A stretch of 64,000 nt of DNA from Oscillospiraceae bacterium (GCA_015064855.1 SVRK01000002.1:117256-181255); one strand, 5' to 3'; counted from the first letter of the stretch, positions 29,321 through 39,022 are shown. Notes: generated by a model from the letters alone, not told the origin. Numbers and translations: made by a program.

Positions 29321-30660
29321 TGAAAACTCCTATTTGCGATTTTTTAAAGAAATATAATAATGATGGTTTTTCTCGCTTGCATATGCCGGGACATAAAGGC
29401 GTTTCATTTGTTGGATGCGAAGAATATGATTTAACCGAAATTTCAGGCGCAGACTCTCTTTATCATGCAAACGGAATTATAAAGGAGAGTGAAGAAAACG
29501 CAGCTTGTCTTTTTGGCACAAGTAAAACACTTTATTCAACCGAGGGTTCTTCTCTTTCTATTCGTGCTATTTGCTACCTTGCGAAGTCATATGCAACGTC
29601 AAACGGACTTGACAGCAATTACATTTTAGCAACAAGAAACGCTCACTCATCGTTTATTTCCGCTTCGGTCCTTTTAGATTTCTACATTGAATGGATGCAT
29701 AGCGAGGGCAACTACATTTGTAGTGAAATAAATGCGGAAATTTTAGAAAAACGCCTATCCTGTGTGGATAAAATGCCATTTGCGGTATATATTACAAGTC
29801 CTGACTATCTTGGAAATACTCTTGATATTTCCGGCATTTCAGCAGTTTGCAAAAAATATAATGTTCCGCTTTTAGTTGACAATGCCCATGGTGCGTATCT
29901 TAAATTTTTAGAAAAAAGCAAGCATCCTATTGATCTTGGAGCAACATTGTGTGTAGATTCCGCACACAAAACGCTTCCAGTTTTAACAGGCGGTGGGTAT
30001 TTGCACATAAGCAAGGACGCTCCTGCATTTTTTAAGGAGAATGCAAAAATTGCTTTGTCACTTTTTGGCTCAACCAGTCCATCATATTTGATTCTTAAAT
30101 CTTTAGACAATGCAAACAGATATATATCCAATGGATATAGAGAAAATTTATCCAAGACTATAAACAAAATCAGTAACCTTAAGTCCGCATTAATCGACAA
30201 TGGGTATAAAATTATCGGAGATGAAGGGTTAAAGCTAACCATCATGCCGAAGCCGTATGGCTATTATGGAAAAGAACTTTACGACATACTTTACTCTGAT
30301 GGCATAGTATGTGAATTTTGCGATCCTGATTTCTTGGTTATGATGTTCACTCCCGAAAGCACTGATTCCGACATTGAGCGTCTTAAATCCATTCTTCTCA
30401 ATTTACCAAAGAAAAACGCTATTTTAGACACTCCCCCGATCTTTTCTCTACCCAAAACGATATTTTCTACGAAAAACGCATATTTTATGCCGAGAGAAAA
30501 GGTTTCTGTTTCAGATGCCCCTGGTCGCGTTTTGGCTGTAACCAGCATCACCTGTCCTCCCGCTGTCAGCATAGCGGTTTGCGGTGAAGAAATCAGTGAA
30601 GATGTTATAAATGCTTGCAAATATTACGGCATAGACAGCTTTTACGTAATTAAAAATTAA
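29320..30660 (+). CDS. Orn/Lys/Arg decarboxylase family PLP enzyme
   Basis: RLHMPGHKG, TSPDYLG, VDNAHGA, DSAHKTLP, STSPSY. Confidence 0.88.
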   Translation: MKTPICDFLKKYNNDGFSRLHMPGHKGVSFVGCEEYDLTEISGADSLYHANGIIKESEENAACLFGTSKTLYSTEGSSLSIRAICYLAKSYATSNGLDSNYILATRNAHSSFISASVLLDFYIEWMHSEGNYICSEINAEILEKRLSCVDKMPFAVYITSPDYLGNTLDISGISAVCKKYNVPLLVDNAHGAYLKFLEKSKHPIDLGATLCVDSAHKTLPVLTGGGYLHISKDAPAFFKENAKIALSLFGSTSPSYLILKSLDNANRYISNGYRENLSKTINKISNLKSALIDNGYKIIGDEGLKLTIMPKPYGYYGKELYDILYSDGIVCEFCDPDFLVMMFTPESTDSDIERLKSILLNLPKKNAILDTPPIFSLPKTIFSTKNAYFMPREKVSVSDAPGRVLAVTSITCPPAVSIAVCGEEISEDVINACKYYGIDSFYVIKN

Positions 30661-30893
30661 ATTCACATAAAAAACCGAGAAGCTAAAAGGGTGATGTTCT
30701 TAGCGGAGAATTTGAAAATACCGCTAAGTGCGAGCATCGCATTTGACTAGTCAAATACTTTATGGGCTAAGCCCAAACCCATTATACGTGAACCCCCAAA
30801 GCTCATACTTCGCTTCGGGGAACCCCTACACAAGCAGAAAGAGATAACAAATCAGCTTATAGCCGAAATGTTATCTCTTTTTCTGTCGGTTTA

Positions 30894-31064
30894 ATGAAAT
30901 CGTTGCACGGCAACGATGAAATCTTCACTTCGTTCAGATGAAATCCAAGGACAAGCCTTGGATGAAATCAAATCCGTCTATAAACAATCCTGCGAAGCAG
31001 GATTTCATCGCGAAAGCGATTTCATCCACCAAAGGTGGATTTCACCCGTCGAAGACGGATTTGA
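30894..31064. repeat. Multi-hairpin REP-like palindromic array (ATGAAAT / ATTTCA units)
   Basis: Four ATGAAAT units separated by short hairpins, then three hairpin+ATTTCA units. tcaaatccgtc pairs with gacggatttga. Confidence 0.7.
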
Positions 31065-31112
31065 CTGCGTGTTCTCCGTTAAGGATAACACGCTAACGCC
31101 TCTCGGTATTTT

Positions 31113-32801
31113 TTATTTCTTTTTGAGCTTATCAATTTCTTGCTGCAGTTGTCCCATTTTTATAAAGAAGAATATTGAAGCCGGCCAGAAAAATAGCAAT
31201 AAAACTATTGCCAATATTAGATTTGTCATCTTTTCCTTTTCAAGCTCCTCTATTTTTGCCTTGTTTCCGAACTTCTTTGATGCAGGGTCAATATTGATTT
31301 CTTCAACACCAACAATAAAGCCGCTACCAGCAAACAAATCCTTCATACGAAGTGCTTCCTTTAAAGAAACGCGGTCAAGTATTGGAGTTTTTCCAAGAAG
31401 TGCACTCCAAGCTTGGTCCCAATTTTTTTCTGTTACATCCATTATAAAATCACGGCATTTATACTTTTGATTGGAGAATGAAACCATATTGAGCTTATAT
31501 TCTCTATACTTCAGTGGTCCCTTAAGATTGTTTTCCACCTCTGCCAAATCCATTTGCAGAACGCATCCAACCTTTTCAAAGGTTTGAACTATATAGTTAG
31601 CTTCACTTCTGTATAAGCCTTTTATAATCAGAGGTTTTTTACCTTCTACAAAAAGGCTTGCCTGATTCCATTCAAATCCAAGCCTCTCCTTTAAGAGATT
31701 GATGGTCTTGTTTTTGTTTGGACCGAACGAGCAAAATCTTACGTCATACAACGTATTATGCTCAAAAAGCGGTTCGGGGTCAGGCATCGGCTCCTTCTCC
31801 TCTACAATAGGGGTAGGGGTCACAATCTCCTCTACTCTTTGTGCTTGAATATATGTATCGGTATTATTCATCTGGCTTTGAAGAGAAGCCCCCGCCTTAA
31901 CCTTTTCATATCCAACTATTTTCTCAATTCCTCTAACGAGGTCAGGCATAAACCCAAGCTTTGACATGTCAAGCGCTTGAAGATGAGAAAACTCCTCCGG
32001 CAAATCATAAGGGTCCATATCCTTGTATGCAGGGATAAGTGTTTTTCTTTCGCCATTTTTCATCATGGTAAGGAATCTTGACCACTCGTTTTTCACCCAA
32101 ACGGCGTTGAAATATTCCGCTCTGGTGCCAAGAACGACCATAACCTTTGAGCTATTTAAAGCCGAAAAGATGTAAGGCTCGTATGCCGTGCCAAGCTTGT
32201 CTTCCAAGGTGATTCTTGCAAAGAAAACCTTGAAGCCCTCACGAGTTAGCTCGTGATAAAGCTCATTTGCATAAACCGAATCGTGCGTTCTTCTGCCATT
32301 TGAATCCGTTTCCTTATAACAAATAAATACGTCGAATGGCTCCTCGCGTCTTGATATATCTAGAATTCTTTTTTGAATATCATTTATTGTTTTTGCTTCA
32401 TCTTGATAGATTACTCTTTGAGAAATATCCGCGTATTTAAGAGCAGACTTATAATTGTCGTCATCAAAAACAGATGTCATTTGAGTACGGTTGATTGTTG
32501 GAACCCTTTTTCTCGTTTTTGGGTCTTCAACATACTCTATTCCATACTTACAAAGGACGATTGACCAATAGCTTTCAGCATCCTCGGGATTTTCGTTGAG
32601 AATTTGCTCATATATCGCCATCGCCTTATCGAACTCGTCATTTCTACGATAGTGGTTTGCTCTCTCGTACAAGCGTTCTATTTTATCATCGCTAATTTTG
32701 GGAAGCGTTTGTGAGCTTCCACAATAATCACAGGTCATAGTTGTAACGCCATCACTCGGCTCAAGTGACGCGCCACACATTTTACATTTAAAAACTGCCA
32801 T
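31113..32801 (-). CDS. Zn-ribbon-TPR-TIR protein with two ribosomal L7/L12-CTD-like domains and a C-terminal TM helix
   Basis: CKMC/CDYC ribbon; TPR-like helices; TIR FDVFICYKE...WVKNEW; YDVRFCSFGPNK..I..L...LG aligns with the L7/L12 CTD. Confidence 0.85.
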   Translation of the reverse strand: MAVFKCKMCGASLEPSDGVTTMTCDYCGSSQTLPKISDDKIERLYERANHYRRNDEFDKAMAIYEQILNENPEDAESYWSIVLCKYGIEYVEDPKTRKRVPTINRTQMTSVFDDDNYKSALKYADISQRVIYQDEAKTINDIQKRILDISRREEPFDVFICYKETDSNGRRTHDSVYANELYHELTREGFKVFFARITLEDKLGTAYEPYIFSALNSSKVMVVLGTRAEYFNAVWVKNEWSRFLTMMKNGERKTLIPAYKDMDPYDLPEEFSHLQALDMSKLGFMPDLVRGIEKIVGYEKVKAGASLQSQMNNTDTYIQAQRVEEIVTPTPIVEEKEPMPDPEPLFEHNTLYDVRFCSFGPNKNKTINLLKERLGFEWNQASLFVEGKKPLIIKGLYRSEANYIVQTFEKVGCVLQMDLAEVENNLKGPLKYREYKLNMVSFSNQKYKCRDFIMDVTEKNWDQAWSALLGKTPILDRVSLKEALRMKDLFAGSGFIVGVEEINIDPASKKFGNKAKIEELEKEKMTNLILAIVLLLFFWPASIFFFIKMGQLQQEIDKLKKK

Positions 32802-32818
32802 AAAATCTCCCTAGCTTA

Positions 32819-33538
32819 TCACTTCAAGATTTTACACTTTGTATTTCTTTCGGTAATATAATTAATTACCCCTTTAGCGTTTTCCTCTGCAAGAGCGAAA
32901 TTGCCATCATTAACTGCCGTTGCAAACTCGTTAAATGCAACTGTAATTTTATCTTCAACAACAGAAAGTGCATCATCCGACATAGGGTCACTGTATCTTA
33001 CAGCCTCATATACCTTTTTAGTAAGTGGTGCCATTTCTTCGTTTGATGCAGTATTTTTCATAAGAATTTCAGCATCAGCTGTTAGCATCTTAATGAACAT
33101 CGTTTTTACTTTTACTTTTTTGTCAACTGCCTCGATTGCCTCTATTGCCACCGCCGATTTCAAAACAACAAGTGCATTTACTACTAAAATCACAGCGCAA
33201 ATAATAATGCCGAGCCAATCAGGAATTTGAATAACGGCAAGACAAAGAGTAGCCACTATAAACATCAAAGCTATCGCGCCAATGGTGATTGGAATTAAAG
33301 AAATTCTATAAAACAATCTTCTTGGAGCGTCCGATTTTAAAACATAATATGAGCATGCAAGCTGACCTATAAACATAACTGTAATAAGTGAGTATGCTAC
33401 CCAAAACAATGGATTAAATTTAGTTCCACCATTTATTTCGTTTGGAGTAACGAAGGTGATTAAATTGAACAAGCCTAATACTAAAGCCCAGCCAATTTTA
33501 TAAATAATAAAATTCTTCTTATTCTTCATTATAGTCAC
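32819..33538 (-). CDS. Four-TM membrane protein with soluble C-terminal helical domain
   Basis: Four hydrophobic helices then LTADAE...EAVRYSDPMS; lies between the SPFH and TIR genes with 7-17 nt gaps. Confidence 0.75.
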   Translation of the reverse strand: MTIMKNKKNFIIYKIGWALVLGLFNLITFVTPNEINGGTKFNPLFWVAYSLITVMFIGQLACSYYVLKSDAPRRLFYRISLIPITIGAIALMFIVATLCLAVIQIPDWLGIIICAVILVVNALVVLKSAVAIEAIEAVDKKVKVKTMFIKMLTADAEILMKNTASNEEMAPLTKKVYEAVRYSDPMSDDALSVVEDKITVAFNEFATAVNDGNFALAEENAKGVINYITERNTKCKILK

Positions 33539-33545
33539 CTCTCAA

Positions 33546-34952
33546 TCAAACTCTTTCGCCACATTCAGAACAGAATTTTGCTCCGTTTGGAATCTCCGCA
33601 CTGCATTTTGCACACTTGCGTATCAAGGGTGCGCCGCATTCTTGACAGAATTTACCCTTTGATGTTTTCGCGCCACAGCTTGGACAAATTATTTCATTTT
33701 CACGTAGATTTACTATTTTCTCACCGCATTCAGGGCAGAATTTTGCTGTTGCGGGAACATTTGTTCCGCAACCGGAGCACTGCACTGTATCTAAAGGCTT
33801 ATCAGCGTTAAAGCCCTTAACCATATCTCCCATTTGATTACTGATTTGACCAGCAGCAGCCAATCCAACGCCCAAGCCAACGATGTCGCCTGTAACTCCT
33901 CCGCCACCGTTAGCAACCATAGTTCCAAGTCCCTCGGCATATGCCTTTTGAACGTCCGCTTGTAAAACATCCTTTTGATTGTAGCCTTGCGCTCTCATAA
34001 CCTCAGCTTGAGTTAAGCCCTGTGCTCTTGCTACCTCAACGTTAGCAAAGCCCTCCGCTTTAGCTGCCTCTGCCTTTGCTTGAGCAGCAATAAGCTCTCT
34101 TTCTGCTTGACGTTTTGCAATTTCGGTTTCAGTTGCTTGTTCTTCAAGCGTTATCTTTCTTTGTGCTGCAGTAACAGCTGCCTCGGACTCTGCTTTTGCA
34201 GTTCTAATAAGAGTTTCTGCCTCGACATATTTGGTTTGCAGATTGATTGTATGTAATTCACGTATACGGTCAAAAGCCTTACTGTCGGGTAGGCTAATTG
34301 TTGTAACGTAAAATTGAGGAATTGTAAGACCATATTCCTCAAAGCCGGGAATTAGCTTTTTGCGAAGTCCCTCGGAAAGCTCAGGAAGTCTCTCGTCGAT
34401 TTCAAGCAGGTCAATGCCCTCCGACTTTATAGCACTTGCCAAATGCGCTTTAACCTCGGTAGAAATCAAAGGACGGAACGAGCTTTGAATTGATTGTGTG
34501 AAGCCACTCTTGTCATTCCAAGCGATGCCCTTCATTGTGCCTACCAATTTCACAAGCAGCTTACGTGAGTCGGCTACTGCCAAGTTAAGCTCACCAGATG
34601 CGCCGATTTCAACCGGAACACCATAGGTTGGCTCAATAAAGCGAACGCGTTCAGGAGTTCCCCATTTGAATCCCATTTGAACAGTCTTATTGATAAAATA
34701 AACCTCACAATGGAACGGTGTTTTTCCACCCGTTACAACGTTCAATGCCTTTCCAATCAAAGGAATATTCTGTGTTTCAAGAGTATGTCTTCCTGGGCCA
34801 AAAAGGTCAAGTGCTTGACCATTCAAAAAAAAGATTGCCTCTTGTGATTCATGAACGATAAGCTGTGACATCGTATTGAAATCTTCTTTAGGATGCTTCC
34901 AAATAAACGTGCTATTATCGCCCTCATATTTAATAATATCTGCTATTGCCAA
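33546..34952 (-). CDS. SPFH/Band-7 domain protein with C-terminal double zinc ribbons
   Basis: TTG start; SQLIVHESQEAIF..G...LFGPGRHTL, FHCEVYFIN and KWGT; coiled coil; CSGC/CPEC/CPSC/CQEC/CAKC/CSEC ribbons. Confidence 0.88.
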   Translation of the reverse strand: MAIADIIKYEGDNSTFIWKHPKEDFNTMSQLIVHESQEAIFFLNGQALDLFGPGRHTLETQNIPLIGKALNVVTGGKTPFHCEVYFINKTVQMGFKWGTPERVRFIEPTYGVPVEIGASGELNLAVADSRKLLVKLVGTMKGIAWNDKSGFTQSIQSSFRPLISTEVKAHLASAIKSEGIDLLEIDERLPELSEGLRKKLIPGFEEYGLTIPQFYVTTISLPDSKAFDRIRELHTINLQTKYVEAETLIRTAKAESEAAVTAAQRKITLEEQATETEIAKRQAERELIAAQAKAEAAKAEGFANVEVARAQGLTQAEVMRAQGYNQKDVLQADVQKAYAEGLGTMVANGGGGVTGDIVGLGVGLAAAGQISNQMGDMVKGFNADKPLDTVQCSGCGTNVPATAKFCPECGEKIVNLRENEIICPSCGAKTSKGKFCQECGAPLIRKCAKCSAEIPNGAKFCSECGERV

Positions 34953-34988
34953 AACAACCCCTTCTTTCTAATTAAAGTGTACATAATA

Positions 34989-35017
34989 ATTTTATCATAT
35001 TGTAATGCTTTTGTCAA
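34989..35017 (-). promoter_or_regulatory. Sigma-A promoter of the SPFH-TM-TIR operon
   Basis: Reverse complement TTGACA-17 nt-TAAAAT. Confidence 0.7.
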
Positions 35018-35025
35018 CAAAGAAA

Positions 35026-35050
35026 AAGCAACACGAAATCGTGTTGCTTT
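35026..35050. terminator. ddh terminator
   Basis: aaagcaacacg-aaat-cgtgttgcttt. Confidence 0.75.
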
Positions 35051-35054
35051 AGGC

Positions 35055-36038
35055 TTATAACAATTTTTCGCGAAGCTCTGCGCCTGTTTTTTGTGAGAGA
35101 TACGCAGGTGCTATATCAAAAACAGTCTTGCATCCAACTGCTCCCTCTTTGTTGAGTCTATATGCCGCACGAGCATAAGCAACAATGACAGATGCTGTAA
35201 ATTCAGGGTTTGAATCAAGTGTTATTTTATATTCGATAATATGCTTGTTTTCAAGGCTTTCACCGGTTCTACCACTACGTATAACAGTTCCACCGTGAGG
35301 AATTCCTGCGTGATTTTTCAAAAATTCTTCCTCCGAAATGAAGTTTACTGTTGTATCGTAATCAGCAAAGTAGTTTGGCATAGTTTTGATTTCATTTTCA
35401 ATTTTATCAAGGTCAGCATCTTCCTCCGCTACAACAAAACACTCTCTTGTGTGCTTTTCTCTTGTTGTTAGAGTTGGATTTTCTCCGTTTCTTACGGATG
35501 CAAGCGCCTTTTCAACAGGAACTGTATATTGCTTTGCGTTTTTTACGCCCTCTATTCTACGAATGGCATCGGAGTGACCTTGGCTAACGCCCTTTCCCCA
35601 AAATGTATAGTCGTTTCCGTCAACCAAAATGCAGTTTGCCATCAAGCGGTTAAGTGAAAACATACCGGGGTCCCAACCAACGGAAATTAAACCAATCTTG
35701 CCGCTTTCGTTACATGCCTTGTCCACGTTTGCAAAATGCTCGGGAATTTTTGCGTGAGTATCAAAGCTATCAACCACGTTAAAGTATTTTGCAAGATAAG
35801 GAGTTTGCACAGGCAAATCAGTTGCACTACCACCGCAAAGTATCATAACATCAATGTCATCAACCATTTTTATAGCGTCCTCTACCCTATAAACTGCGAC
35901 ACTGGGGTCGACTAATTTAACTTTTTCAGGGTCACGGCGTGTGAAAACCGCGACAAGCTTCATATCCTCATTTTGTCTTATTGCAAGCTCAACGCCTCTG
36001 CCTAAATTACCGTATCCGTATATTCCTATTCTTATCAC
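35055..36038 (-). CDS. ddh: meso-diaminopimelate dehydrogenase
   Basis: IGIYGYGNLGRG, CGGSATDL, DSFDTHA, GWDPG, GVSQGHSDA, SNPEFT; GTG start at 36038. Confidence 0.95.
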   Translation of the reverse strand: MIRIGIYGYGNLGRGVELAIRQNEDMKLVAVFTRRDPEKVKLVDPSVAVYRVEDAIKMVDDIDVMILCGGSATDLPVQTPYLAKYFNVVDSFDTHAKIPEHFANVDKACNESGKIGLISVGWDPGMFSLNRLMANCILVDGNDYTFWGKGVSQGHSDAIRRIEGVKNAKQYTVPVEKALASVRNGENPTLTTREKHTRECFVVAEEDADLDKIENEIKTMPNYFADYDTTVNFISEEEFLKNHAGIPHGGTVIRSGRTGESLENKHIIEYKITLDSNPEFTASVIVAYARAAYRLNKEGAVGCKTVFDIAPAYLSQKTGAELREKLL

Positions 36039-36130
36039 AAAATCACCTCTTCGGGAACGCAAATTGCCCTTTTTCTAATAAATATACTTTATTTTAGCAT
36101 ATAGATTTCTCATTTTCAATATTTTTTAAC

Positions 36131-36165
36131 AAAAAAAGCCAAGCACTTTCGCGCTTGGCTTTGTT
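36131..36165. terminator. Intrinsic terminator
   Basis: aaagccaagc-actttcgc-gcttggcttt hairpin. Confidence 0.7.
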
Positions 36166-36167
36166 TT

Positions 36168-37778
36168 TTATTCGGTCTTTAATCCATTGTAGGTTTTTCC
36201 GGTTGCAGTTGCAGCTGATAAACCATCACTCAAATAATAAATATCGTTATTATCGCGAACATATCCGCAGCAAACAATACTTGTGTCAAGATTGTTATCT
36301 CCCAATCCCGCAACCTTTATTTTGACAGATGCAAATTTTTCTTTGCTTGTGTTTGCATATACAGTTCCGGCTGCTGTCTTTATTTGTTCATCTTCAACCG
36401 TCAAAGGCGTTCCCACAAAAACTGATACAACCACACCATATTCAAGCTTAGTTGATGCTAACTCGTTATATTTTTCCAGTGCTTCAAAATTCACAGTATA
36501 GCTATAAACTATACCGCAATCTCCCTCCATAGCTACTGAATATCCCATATCGGTAAAGATTGGGGCGATAACTACCGGCTCTCCGTTTGCCGTTTTACAG
36601 TTTACACAATTTTCGTATACTGTGATGTTTGCAAAATAGTTAAGCTGGTCGTTTTCCCCATCTTTTAATGCTCTTGCAAAATCGTGTGTTGGGTTATCAA
36701 GTATTTCAACTGCACCGCATCCGCGAGCGCAACCAAATTGACAGCCATTGAGCACTTGCTCCTCATGTGTGTTGTCATAAAATGCACGGCATTTGTTGTA
36801 TCCACAAACTATTCTCCAACCACTTGTTGGTATATACTCATTATCTGTTTTTGAAGAATCCCACTCAACAAGCTCTGCGCCTGAACAAATAACTCTGTTG
36901 TACGTTGATTTTTCAATAAGTGCTTCCATTTGAGCGCGAGTACCAGTGAAGAAAATAACTCCGGTTGGCAAGCAAGCTGCGCTATCCCACCACGAGAAGG
37001 TTTCCATAGTAATGGAATCAACCTTGCTTAAAAACTGCTCAGGCATATAGAATTTAACGGATTGCTTAACCCAAGACATATTGTTTGTGCCGAGGTCAAT
37101 AAGAGATGCGCCAAAACGAAATTCCTTGAGCGATTCACCAAGCGTACCGTCAAGTGCTCTGTCCTCTACAGTTGTCATTTGATTTGAAAAAACAACCTTT
37201 TCAACACCTGCCGCTCCTGTAAAGGAGTCTTTTGGTAGAACAGCTGAAAAGCCATCCATAAATACAAGCTCTTTTAATGTTGATTTGTTTATAATAAGTG
37301 TTCCTATCGTAGTTACCTTTGGTGGGATATTAAGCTTTTCTAATTTTTTGTTAGCATAAAAGCAACCATATTCAAGCGTGTTAAGCTCGGAACTAGGTGA
37401 AAATTTAATTTCCACAAGATTATTCGTTTGTGACAAATCACCGCAGTTTGTAGCAATAGTAATGTTGTCAGGAACCTCTATTCTGATTATACTGTGCTTG
37501 TTATAAGCTGTGCCGAGTGCATCGTTGATAGGCTTGAAATTGTAGGAAAATTTTGTGTTATTTGACACAACATATTGAGCAGGATAAGTGTGATATTCAC
37601 CATTTGCATCAACAATCACAACCCTAGATGTTGTATCGGTGTTCATATTCGTTAAATCAATATTTGATATTGCTTCAACCTCACCAAATTCGTTAGATGT
37701 AGTGGCAGATACACCTATTGCAAAAGCAACACACAAAATCGTCACCAAAGTCATAAAAATTATAAATTTTCTTTTCAT
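36168..37778 (-). CDS. Secreted leucine-rich-repeat (BspA/LRR_5-like) surface protein
   Basis: Signal peptide MKRKFIIFM...AIGVSA; L..L.IPPKVTTIG repeats; Cys-containing C-terminal region. Start at 37778 behind AGGAG. Confidence 0.75.
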   Translation of the reverse strand: MKRKFIIFMTLVTILCVAFAIGVSATTSNEFGEVEAISNIDLTNMNTDTTSRVVIVDANGEYHTYPAQYVVSNNTKFSYNFKPINDALGTAYNKHSIIRIEVPDNITIATNCGDLSQTNNLVEIKFSPSSELNTLEYGCFYANKKLEKLNIPPKVTTIGTLIINKSTLKELVFMDGFSAVLPKDSFTGAAGVEKVVFSNQMTTVEDRALDGTLGESLKEFRFGASLIDLGTNNMSWVKQSVKFYMPEQFLSKVDSITMETFSWWDSAACLPTGVIFFTGTRAQMEALIEKSTYNRVICSGAELVEWDSSKTDNEYIPTSGWRIVCGYNKCRAFYDNTHEEQVLNGCQFGCARGCGAVEILDNPTHDFARALKDGENDQLNYFANITVYENCVNCKTANGEPVVIAPIFTDMGYSVAMEGDCGIVYSYTVNFEALEKYNELASTKLEYGVVVSVFVGTPLTVEDEQIKTAAGTVYANTSKEKFASVKIKVAGLGDNNLDTSIVCCGYVRDNNDIYYLSDGLSAATATGKTYNGLKTE

Positions 37779-37900
37779 TTTTAAATTCTCCTTTTGAACT
37801 ATTTGACTTTTCCTCAATTTTATGTTATAATCAAATGAAGCACAAATCAATCCATTATTTAACAAAATTTTAGCATTATTTAACATTTTACGGGGACAAT

Positions 37901-38770
37901 ATGGAAAATCGTTATCTTTCAACACTAACCAATGATAGCTACTTTAATTGGTGGGACATAAACCACAACAGCCGAGAATGTAGTTCTATGCCTCTGCTAG
38001 TCAATGTTGCCGCACGAGTAAACGCTGCTGAAAGCAGCACAAACTACAACAAACAAGGACGCCTTGATTATTATCTAATTTACATAATTTCCGGCTCTTT
38101 AACTGTAAAAACCAGACACGGGGGCGCCGATGCCTTTGAAAATGACCTTTTTATAATACCGCCAAAATCCTCATATGAAATAAAAACCAAGGATCTACCG
38201 TTAAGGTATTTATGTGTACATTTTACAGGCTCTGACGTGATAAAAATCTTAAACGAATATGAAATATCTCTTTTTCCCAAAATCAATAAATTAAGCTATA
38301 AAAATCATATGCTACTCCGTTTTAATACACTTTTTGACGGATTTGCAAAAAACGACTCCCTACGTGACAAGGAGCTTGCGCTTTTGCTTGAAAGACTTTT
38401 CATTGAAGCCTCTCGTGGAATCAAGAATGCAACCTCGGAAAAAGTATTACTCGCTAAATCAATAAGATTTATAAACGAAAATTATCCAACAAAAATAAGC
38501 ATTCCATATCTTGCAAAGCTTGAAAATATGTGTGTAACCTCATACAATATTTTATTCAAGGAGCAGGTTGGAATGGCGCCAACTAAATACATAATCAAGC
38601 TTCGCATTGAACACGCACGAGAGCTTTTGGAAAGCACCAATCTGCCAATTGAAGAAATAGGCTTATCGTGTGGATATCCCGATATAAATTTCTTTTCCAG
38701 AGTTTTCAAAAAATACGTTGGGGTTTCTCCGTCTAATTACAGAAAGCAGATTATCCCACTTAAAAATTAA
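37901..38770 (+). CDS. AraC family transcriptional regulator
   Basis: Cupin N-terminus; C-terminal F..VG..P..Y...R...A..LL and GYPDINFFSRVFKKYVGVSPSNYR. Confidence 0.93.
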   Translation: MENRYLSTLTNDSYFNWWDINHNSRECSSMPLLVNVAARVNAAESSTNYNKQGRLDYYLIYIISGSLTVKTRHGGADAFENDLFIIPPKSSYEIKTKDLPLRYLCVHFTGSDVIKILNEYEISLFPKINKLSYKNHMLLRFNTLFDGFAKNDSLRDKELALLLERLFIEASRGIKNATSEKVLLAKSIRFINENYPTKISIPYLAKLENMCVTSYNILFKEQVGMAPTKYIIKLRIEHARELLESTNLPIEEIGLSCGYPDINFFSRVFKKYVGVSPSNYRKQIIPLKN

Positions 38771-38784
38771 CAATTTTTATAGTC

Positions 38785-38810
38785 AAAAAGCGGACATTAA
38801 TCCGCTTTTT
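38785..38810. terminator. Intrinsic terminator
   Basis: aaaaagcgga-cattaa-tccgcttttt. Confidence 0.7.
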
Positions 38811-39022
38811 ATTTATCCTCTTCCCTTCTATTGTTTTTAGCATTTCTGAAATAATTATTTTTTTACGTTCTTTCACATATTTTTCAGAATTTTTATACAA
38901 GACTAATATTGACAAATGCACTAGTAAAATGATATACTGTACTCAAGAGCACCTTTAATATGATACTCATATTAAGGCTGCTTATATTTCTCTCGCTTGG
39001 CGAGACTTAGGAGGTAAAAACT

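Noticed and set aside
30916-31470. 184-aa plus-strand ORF
   Set aside because: Reads through the palindromic repeat array and the antisense strand of the TIR gene; not a credible protein.
38900-39022. ZTP (pfl) riboswitch upstream of pflB
   Set aside because: Only simple hairpins; the conserved GACTGGCG / CGCCTGGGCA motifs are absent.
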